From Spirochaetia bacterium (lineage in GTDB: Bacteria; Spirochaetota; Spirochaetia; DSM-2461): a stretch of 64,000 nt of DNA. The notes below the pieces were generated by a model that saw only the letters and a list, made by a program, of their open reading frames with translations, had not been told where the DNA came from and did no database searches. Numbering within the stretch: the stretch's first letter is position 1; the number at the start of each line of letters is the position of its first letter. The position numbers were made by a program, and so were the translations under genes. Positions 55,706 to 64,000 of this stretch are shown one piece after another. The stretch spans positions 3,296,001 to 3,360,000 of the forward strand of contig OY764216.1 in NCBI GenBank assembly GCA_963668315.1. The letters are read 5' to 3'.

Positions 55706-58700
55706 TGTTGAATCACACATTATCCTGACCAAAACTTCCAGATTATTCTGGAATCCAAATTATTTTAACAGCTTCCCCGAAAGGGAAGCCATAAATCTTA
55801 GAACGGCAAACTTAACTGTCCGTCAAAATCCGCATCAGGATCAAGAGAAAGTTCATCCCACTCCTTCTCAAGTATCTCCTCAATTACCGGTACAGAGACC
55901 TTTCCATAATAGAGAGCTCTCTCACAGGCTGCCTCCATTCTCACCGGCGAGACCTTAAACGTCAGATCCAAAAACCGACTGACCTCTTCATATTTCTCAT
56001 GGCACCACCTACCCCACAACATATAGGCTACCTGCCTGGTTTTCTCCATGAAAAGATAAGTTTCAGGAGGAGTAAAGCGAAAAAAAGTTTTCCCATTATC
56101 CATACGGCTTCCTCCTGTTAGATGATTTCGGTCTGAGCGATGCGAACATGTTCCGCGGAAACGAGCTGACTTTTTTCTTTCGCCGCCGCCATCATAGCTC
56201 CCCTGGCGATGGTGTTAGCCCGTCTTAGAAGTCCTCCCGATGTTTGATGGATAGCAAGAATGGCTTCATCTGCGAATAGGGGCTTCTCCATCCCGGCCAG
56301 ATGAAGATGATGTTCCAGGTATCCTTTCATATGCTTCAGATTCAGACTGTCCAAATGGGAGCGCCCCACGATACGCGATGCCAGGGGTTTGGCGGAAATA
56401 GCCATGAGTTTGTCTATGAGCCCGTCCTGCCCGCAGAGAATTATGGGCATAATCGGGTTTGAATCAAAATCAAACTGACAGAGAGTATGAAGCTGGTTGA
56501 AGACCTTGGACTTAAGAAGATGGGCTTCATCTATAACGAGAATGGGGACTTTTTTCTTTGAAGCAATGTCTTTTATGATATCCCGGACATTTTTCATCGC
56601 GATAGCCAGCTGAAATGAACGGTACTCCTCCCCAAACTCCATAAGAAACTGCCGTAAAAGCTCCATCATACTGCCCGATGTAGCGACCAGCGAGATAATC
56701 TTGTACTTCCCCGGGTGGAACTTACTACACGCCAATCTCAGAGATGTGGATTTCCCGGATCCTACTTCCCCAGTGATGAGAGAGATAGCTCCCAGCTTTA
56801 CGGCGTATTCAAATCTGTCCAAAAGGGGCGGTAGTCCAGGCAGCATATAGAGATCATCCAATTTGATTTTCTGAGAATAGGGCTCCTGTGTTAATCCGTA
56901 AAAATGCTTTATATCAATCATCGTTTTCTTCCTCCGAGAATAGTTGTCCGCCGCTATAGGGATTGGAATTCAGATCAGCTTGAATCTCTGAACGTTTGAC
57001 CTGGCTATTGATATGCACGTCCATAGGTTTAAGAAATCCTCTGGATTTATCGGCAATAAAGATTTCTACCCGGCTCATATCCGATTCATCGTAAGAGAGG
57101 TAGACCTTCTGCCCTGCCAGACCGATGGGTGCCTGGTATAGTTTTCCCTCGATACTGACCGATCTGTCATTGGTTACCGTTCTGAGCAGTCTCTTACGAA
57201 AATAATCATTCAGATTCTCCGGAGCCGATCGAAGAAGGGTTAGTGATTTCAAATAACGGTCCAGAGGTTTCTCCCGGATTGAAGAGTGTTTCCTAATATG
57301 ATAATTCTCATCAATGAAAGCAGCGAGATGCCCGTTCAATTCCTCCAATGTCAGTTCTTCCGGAAGGGCTTGAAGAACCTCCATCCTGACCGTCCTGTTA
57401 AATCTTTCGATTTTCCCTTTCCCTTGAGGGCGGTAGGGCTTCGCATACGTCAGAACAATCCCCAGAGAAGCGCAACCGTATTGAAGCTTATGGGATTTGA
57501 AATAAGCGCCGTTGTCCGTGTAGAGTTTACGGGGAAGGCCACGCTTAACCAGGGCTTTCTTCATACAGTCGATAAAATTGTCCACATTCTCCCGTAGATA
57601 GAACTGGGCATGGGGAATAAGACGGGAATGATCGTCGATGATGGCGAACATATAGGATTTTCTACGGCGGCCCTCATGAATGACATAAGGACCGTGCATA
57701 CAGTCCGATTGCCAGAGGTCATTGGGAAACTCCACTTCGAACTTCAACATATCTTCCTTCTGCTTCCTCTCCTTACCCAGTCCATGTTTTTTCAGAATTC
57801 TATAGATGGATTGGGAGGAGGCGTTGAAGTCGGGAGGAAGTACATTTCTTTGCCGGGCCAGCCTCATCAAGACGGGAACGGATGCCTTCATAAAATCCTT
57901 TCTCAGATTAATGAAGGCCAGTTCTGTTTCCCTGTCCATAATGCGGCATCCGCCCTGGTCCCCCCGGCTTTTGGGATGCAGACTCTCTATTTGCCGACCG
58001 CTGGATTCATACTTTCTGAGCCAACTGAGGATAGTCGCGCGGCTGATATAGGTACGGGTGGAAAAAGGGATATTCCACTCCCTAGCCGTCAATTTATCAA
58101 GGACATCCCTTTGCATACCCCAATCTTCTCTGCTCAGATCCAGTAAAGGATAGATCACAGAAAACCGGAAGGCGGCTACTTTTTCTCGTTCTTCTTTGGT
58201 CATAAAACCTCCTAAAACGTTTTATTTCCATTTAAGGCGGTATTTTATTAGTTGTCACTGCAAAGCTAAGGTAGGTCATGCAGAGAGCTACCGATTTCAC
58301 ATCATGATTTATCGAATGTGAGGGGAAGCAGAACCGATTCTGAACGCTGTCTGAAAGGAAAAGGGAGAGATCAAAATTCAGTCCCTGAATAGCAGCTTGT
58401 TTCATCAGTCCCCGATACCAGTATTGCTGCCTTTGACGGCTGAAGGATGTGAACCAGGTATGGGATTCTAACTTATGAGAAAGGCTTCGATAAATTTCTG
58501 TAGCGGTTGATTGAAACCTGGGGAAATATGCAACAGGCCTGGCCGTATGTACCGCTCCGCACTCGGGACAGCGGAATCTTTTGAGGTAGAGTCCTTCCGG
58601 AAATTCGTCGAAATAACGCAGTACATAACCATGCCCCCAGATCCTGAAACTTTGGCAGGAAGGACATCTTCTTGGTTTCCTCCAGACATAATTCTTATGT

Positions 58701-58887
58701 TTCTCTTTAAGGACAGCCAAATCCGTCCGAAAATAAATTATGATTTATGGGTTGGGATAGCCGTTCTTGCAGGAACAATAGGCTATCCCTTTTTTATCGA
58801 TAATTTATTTTGTGAAAATGAAGTATAAAAATATTTTATTGTGGAATATTGATAGAATAATCTGATAGATTAATGTTGGATTCTACA
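55706..58887 (-). mobile_element. Four-gene transposon A copy 3 (ORFs 58232..58720, 56914..58203, 56118..56921, 55798..56103)
   Basis: 3182 bp, 5-bp TSD ATCGT. Confidence 0.93.
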
Positions 58888-58990
58888 ATCGTAGAGTTCT
58901 CGCCACATTCTACGGTATCCATAAAAGGGAATCTCAAGAAACTTCTTTTTCAATGCGATCTTTTCTTCAACATCCTCCCTTCTTTCTGGT

Positions 58991-60290
58991 GATAGAGCAA
59001 CCCCTTTGTCTGTAAAATCAAAAAAGTTAATCAGTCTCCATATTTAAATACCGCTTACCTGTGAACCATTGTTCATCTATTTCCATTAACAGAGCGGAAA
59101 CCAATCTATCGACAGATTCCTTATTTGGAAATATCATAGCCACCTTCGTTCTTCTTTTAATTTCCCTCATCTGACGTTCTGCCAGATTTGAAGTCCTTAA
59201 CCTTCTCCAATGTGACTTTGGCATTTTAAAGATCGTGAGTGCTTCAGGAACATTCTGATCCATCCAACTGCTTAGTTCTGGCGCAGTTTTCTCATACTTC
59301 TTCACCGCCATAGAAAGAAAACGGTTAGCCTCCTCTCCATTGGGAGCGTTAAAAATGGTTCTTATATCCTCCGCGACCTCTTTATCCATACTTTTCTTTG
59401 GCACATGATGTCCCGCATTCTGTTGCAGATGGAACTGGCACCGCTGCCAGGGAACTGTTGGAAAAACCGATTCTATTGCTGATCTCAGGCCGCTATGAGC
59501 ATCGGAAGTTATCATCTTCACGCCATGGAGCCCCCGATCTACCAGACCGGAAAGAAAACCTCTCCAGTGTACATCGGCCTCACTGAGTTCTGTAGAAATA
59601 CCCAATACTCGTCTCATCCCATTATTATCAACACCATAGGCAATTAGAACGGCTGCAGAAACAACAGTTCTATTCACTCGAGCCTTCTCATAAGTGGCGT
59701 CAACGACAAGATAAGGAAAAGCTCCCAGAGGACGATTACGCCATTTGGTGATCTCTTCATCAAGGAGAGCTGCCGCTTCTGAAACCTGGGATTGGGAAAC
59801 TTCGAAGCCGCAGAGCTGTTCTACAATTTTGGTTACTCTGCGAGTTGATACCCCCTGGATATACATCTGAGCTATTGCCATTTTCAACGCCCTTTCGCTG
59901 CGGCACCCTTTTTCAATGCTGCCAGGATAGAATTCCATCCCACGGACCTGCGGAATCTCGATAGGGATCTCACCTACACGAGTTCGAATCTTCCTGCTTT
60001 TGTACCCGTTTCTATGGCCAATGCGATCGTCATTCCGTTCATAATGACTGGCTTGGATTGCCTTCTCTTGCTCTAACCGCATAGATAAATTCATTATTGA
60101 ACTTATGACCTTTGTTAATCCTTCTCTATTATCTGCCTGGAGGTCTTCAATCATTTGATCGAAAACGGTATAGTAATCCTCGTTAGTCATGATGCCTTCT
60201 TTTGTTTTTGGTCGAACTAATCGAAGACTGATTGGCTAACTTTTTCAAGCCCCCTTTATTTCTAATTTACAGACACTATTGTACACTATC
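58991..60290 (-). mobile_element. IS256-family element B copy 2 (transposase 59027..60190)
   Basis: 1300 bp; flanks TTTCTGGT / TATCTGGT (7 of 8 match). Confidence 0.92.
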
Positions 60291-60772
60291 TATCTGGTTT
60301 AGGATTATAGTAATAAGAAGATCTGCTGATCTTCAGTAATTGGCATTGCCGAGATAGCGATATTTTCGGCTCATTCGGATCTAGGGTTCGTACTCCTTTC
60401 CATGCAGTTGTTTGTACTTTTTTTTTAACCACTCGTTTTCGTATTTCTCTTTGCCAAGCTGCTTATAGAGCTCCTGTTCCCTTTTCTTCATTTCCTCCAT
60501 CTCTTTATCCTTTTTATTTTTCCGGACGAAGAGAGAACTGGCATTTTCCAGGAGCTGCTTTTTCCAGGCACTGATCTGATTAGGATGAACTTCATATTCT
60601 TCAGCCAGTTCCTGTAAGGTCTTTTCTTCCTTGATCGCTTCCAGAGCTACCTTTGCCTTAAACTCATCATCAAATTTTCTTCTCATGCTATTCCTCGCTT
60701 TCTATGATATCATAAAGCAAGGATTACACCTTAATTTTAAATCAGAATTGTCTGAATCTTGGGCTCATCATA

Positions 60773-61943
60773 CTCAGGGAAGCAAAGCTTCAGTAAGCTC
60801 TGTAGGGATTTCAACATTGCCCGTACCACCGGCTATCATTATGTTGAGAAATACAAGAAATGGGGAATGGAAGGGCTGGCCAATCGCTCTACCAGGCCCC
60901 ATACCTCGCCGACGCAAACTCCCCAGCAAATAGTCGATAGAATCATCCAATTAAGAACAACAGGCCATACGAAAGGCTGGGGAGGGAAGAAGATTCTCTG
61001 GCAGCTTGAGCAGGATGGAGTGTATAAAGATTTGCCTGCCGTTTCTACCATAAATCTCATCCTCCGACGAAACGATCTTATACCGGAAAGGAAAAAAAGA
61101 AGTCGGGTGGAACCACGAAGACCGATCTTCGATCCCCATGAACCTAATGAAGTCTGGAGTGCCGATTTTAAGGGTCAGTTCAGATTGAAGAATGGAGAGG
61201 TCTGTTATCCCTTGACCATATGCGATAGCAAAACACGAATGATACTTGCGATAAAAGGACTCCGTAAACCCGATTTTGAGGGAACTAGAGCTGCTTTCAG
61301 ACGTGTATTCAAAGAGTATGGACTTCCCAAGCAGTTGCATACAGACAATGGAACACCCTTTGGAAACATCAGAGCAATAGGTCGTTTGACCAGGTTTGGA
61401 GTCTGGCTCATGGATCTTGGAATAGAGCCGATTTTCTCTGATCCGGGTCACCCAGAACAGAACGGAAGGCATGAGAGAATGCATCGGGATCTTAAGTCTG
61501 CCGCCTGTCGTAATCCCAGTAAGAACCTTCAATCGCAGCAGGTCCGGTTTAATAACTTCAAGAAGAATTACAACGAGAATCGTCCCCATGAATCCTTGAA
61601 TATGAGCACTCCCGCTCAGGTGTTTAGCAAATCTAAGATAACTTACAAGGATAAAATTGATGAATGGCTTTATGCCAAAACCTATATGGTAAAGTATATT
61701 TGTGGTAACGGAATCATCCGGGTTGGTAAGGATGGAGCTATCTTTGTCAGATCGGCTTTGAAAGGGAAAAAAGTTGGATTGGAACCGCTGGGGAATGAAA
61801 TTTACAGACTCTATTACCGTGATTTTCTTTTGAGATATATAGATTGGAATAATTATAAGGCGTATGATATTAATGACAGAAGCTATGGATCAGAACTGTA
61901 TACCAAGTCCTAATCTATCTGTAGGGGAAGTCTCGTTTGCACA
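60773..61943 (+). mobile_element. IS481-family element, 5' end lost at the IS3 junction (ORF to 61913)
   Basis: WSADFKG, HTDNGTPF, QNGRHERMHR; ends ...ACA. Confidence 0.8.
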
Positions 61944-62231
61944 GGAAGAAAAACTTTAATTAATTCGTATTTTTCATGAAGAAATTATTATAATGGACTA
62001 AGCAGAGATGGACAACAATCAACTTGATTTTTCATACTATAAAAAAAAATGTACGTTGACAAAACAATAAATTTAATTTAAATAGATATTGATATCTATT
62101 GATTTAGAAGTTAATAATATATTCCATGAAAACAATCCTTTATTAATTTCATTTAGACAATCTGAAGATATTTTTATTCTCTAATTAATCAATGAAAAAC
62201 ATTGATAATATAGTTTTAAGGAGCTTTTTCA

Positions 62232-64000
62232 ATGCTTTTAGAAAAGGTGCATGTAATATTGTCTAAATTAAAAAGTTTAAATTTCTTAATAGTTATTCTG
62301 GTTTCATTTTTTATTTTAAATTTCTCAATTTATGGAGATACAAAATTTATTAGAGGATTTAAATTGCTTGGTCCACTGTATGAGGATCAAAATAGTGATA
62401 TAATTTATATATCCGATCAGAAATATGATGATGGTGAAGTTATTAAGGACTCATTTAAATTTTCATATGCTTATCCCGAAGATGATTGGTGGGAGAATTA
62501 TTGTTATTTAGTTTATAAAGATAATGATGAAGATGGAAAATTTAATGGAGTAGTAGACGTATTTGGATTAGTCGGTAATAAACCTTCAATTGTATTGAAA
62601 GATGAAATAGCAAAGAGTCCAGATGAAGTTATCAGTTTAGTTTCTGTTGATGGTAGTATATGGTATAACCGTAAACTACGAAATAGAGGTAGAAATCACT
62701 CTGCTTCATTAAGTTTGGCAGATTTTAATAAGCAGAATAATAAAGATAATATTTCAATTATTTTTGCAACATATAAATGTACTAGGGATAGTGAACTAAA
62801 TTATATTTCTGATTATGGTTTTTGCTATCAAATCCTTTTTGATGGTGAGTCAGAACTTAAACCCATTCCGAAAATGATATACGATTATAAACCTCCAGTT
62901 ATATCAAATGTATCTTTTTATGATCTAGAAGGACATAATGATAATTCAATTGATAGAGTTTATGCCACAAATAAAAACATGAAGTTGCAATGGACTGCTG
63001 AAGATAGTTATGTTCCAGTTGTCGATTTTACGGTTCAATATAAAACCATAGGTTCTACTAATTGGAATTCTCTCAATACCATTGAAGATTTTATAACTGG
63101 ATTATGTAAGGTAACTTGTGGATGTGCAATTAACTTGGATAATTTACCTGATATAGTTGATGCCGGTGGTGCAGAATTTAAGATAACCGCTTTTGATTAT
63201 TTTGGTAATAAATCTTCATCTATAACTGATGTTATGTATATTGATAAGACTTGGCCAATTATAAGTGAAGAAAATCATAATAATAATTATTCAATCTCTG
63301 GTAATCCTCATGACTTACGATTTAAAACGAATCGTTATTTTACCGTTGTCGATAATGAGAGCGGAATTATAAATGTTCAATGCACACTTGATTATGAAGA
63401 TGTACAATTATCAGATGTTGTATATGAACCAACTGAAGTAAACGGGAATAAGTATAAGTTTACTTATGATAATTTAGTTCCTAATAAGACCTTTAAATTG
63501 AAAATTGAGGCAATAGACAATTATGGAAACGATTCCGTTTATATCACAAATGTATTTGGAGTACCGACTGTACCATATATTTCTAGTAGTACATTGTCAT
63601 GGAACGGAGAAAAATTTATTTTGAGTGGAAATATCCTTTCAAGCGATAAAGGAGAAGAATTAATTGACAGGTTGTCACTTCGTTCAAAGAACAGTCAGAA
63701 TATAATTTATACATTTCCTAAGGATGATGATGGGCACTTCACTAATGATAGCTTTTCAATCCCTATTTCTTTTGATATATCATCCTATTTGCATGGTTTT
63801 TTTGAATTTGATTTAGCCACTACAGTGAATTCAATAAATAAAACATTTATCGATTCATATCAAACTGATGGTCCAATTCCCAATCGTACCCCAGATAAGA
63901 ATTCCGATAATATTTCTTCACTCATTTTTAATAATACAGATAAAGATCTGATTTATTATTCTATCGATAATAATCCAGATTTATATAGTACCCGCTGGCA
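62232..64000 (+). CDS. Large secreted/surface protein with Ig/FN3-like modules (runs off the window)
   Basis: AAGGAG RBS, ATG 62232, signal-like N-terminus, DYKPPVI / AFDYFGN / DKTWPII / AIDNYGN; absent from the ORF track, consistent with no stop in the window. Confidence 0.7.
   Translation, partial: MLLEKVHVILSKLKSLNFLIVILVSFFILNFSIYGDTKFIRGFKLLGPLYEDQNSDIIYISDQKYDDGEVIKDSFKFSYAYPEDDWWENYCYLVYKDNDEDGKFNGVVDVFGLVGNKPSIVLKDEIAKSPDEVISLVSVDGSIWYNRKLRNRGRNHSASLSLADFNKQNNKDNISIIFATYKCTRDSELNYISDYGFCYQILFDGESELKPIPKMIYDYKPPVISNVSFYDLEGHNDNSIDRVYATNKNMKLQWTAEDSYVPVVDFTVQYKTIGSTNWNSLNTIEDFITGLCKVTCGCAINLDNLPDIVDAGGAEFKITAFDYFGNKSSSITDVMYIDKTWPIISEENHNNNYSISGNPHDLRFKTNRYFTVVDNESGIINVQCTLDYEDVQLSDVVYEPTEVNGNKYKFTYDNLVPNKTFKLKIEAIDNYGNDSVYITNVFGVPTVPYISSSTLSWNGEKFILSGNILSSDKGEELIDRLSLRSKNSQNIIYTFPKDDDGHFTNDSFSIPISFDISSYLHGFFEFDLATTVNSINKTFIDSYQTDGPIPNRTPDKNSDNISSLIFNNTDKDLIYYSIDNNPDLYSTRW

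Larger units (their letters stand above)
55379..60772 (-). mobile_element. IS3-family element B (relative of A), fragmented; orfA 60381..60686
   Basis: Starts TATGATGAGCCC on the minus strand; orfB pieces at about 60291-60383, 58888-58990 and 55379-55705 (WVSDITY). Confidence 0.85.

Noticed and set aside
12291..61589. Many short antisense or overlapping ORFs in the track (e.g. 12291, 25914, 28207, 37629, 42234, 60951)
   Set aside because: Shadows of transposases or cassette genes; they recur only because the IS copies recur

Overview
AT-rich accessory/defence region, about 40% of which is mobile elements by my tally. Left (1-23.2 kb): an Ssp-type DNA phosphorothioation locus with SF2 helicase, GHKL ATPase, sspA-B-C-D, sspE and a PT-associated methyltransferase. 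sspE is split by a 9-kb insert (IS3 5' part, IS256, integron cassettes, IS3; flanked by a GAT duplication). The window holds an integron cassette array with 11 attC sites and no integrase, in two blocks (42.2-54.0 kb and 13.3-19.2 kb). Three signals show the blocks were once contiguous: a shared IS256 target duplication (ACTCCAGA), one reading frame split across the blocks, and complementary cassette ends. Cassettes encode Fic, AIPR, VapBC, a Mrr-like nuclease, DUF2971, an esterase, a K+ channel and two paralogous membrane-anchored PD-(D/E)XK proteins, each with a different partner gene. Also present: three 3182-bp four-gene TGT...ACA transposons with identical proteins (Zn-finger, DDE, ExeA-like ATPase, small ORF) plus a diverged relative; six IS256 of two types; IS3 and IS481 copies; a tRNA-Pro 3' fragment (likely att site); several gene remnants; and the start of a large secreted protein running off the window. 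Family assignments come from motif recognition only; no searches were run.
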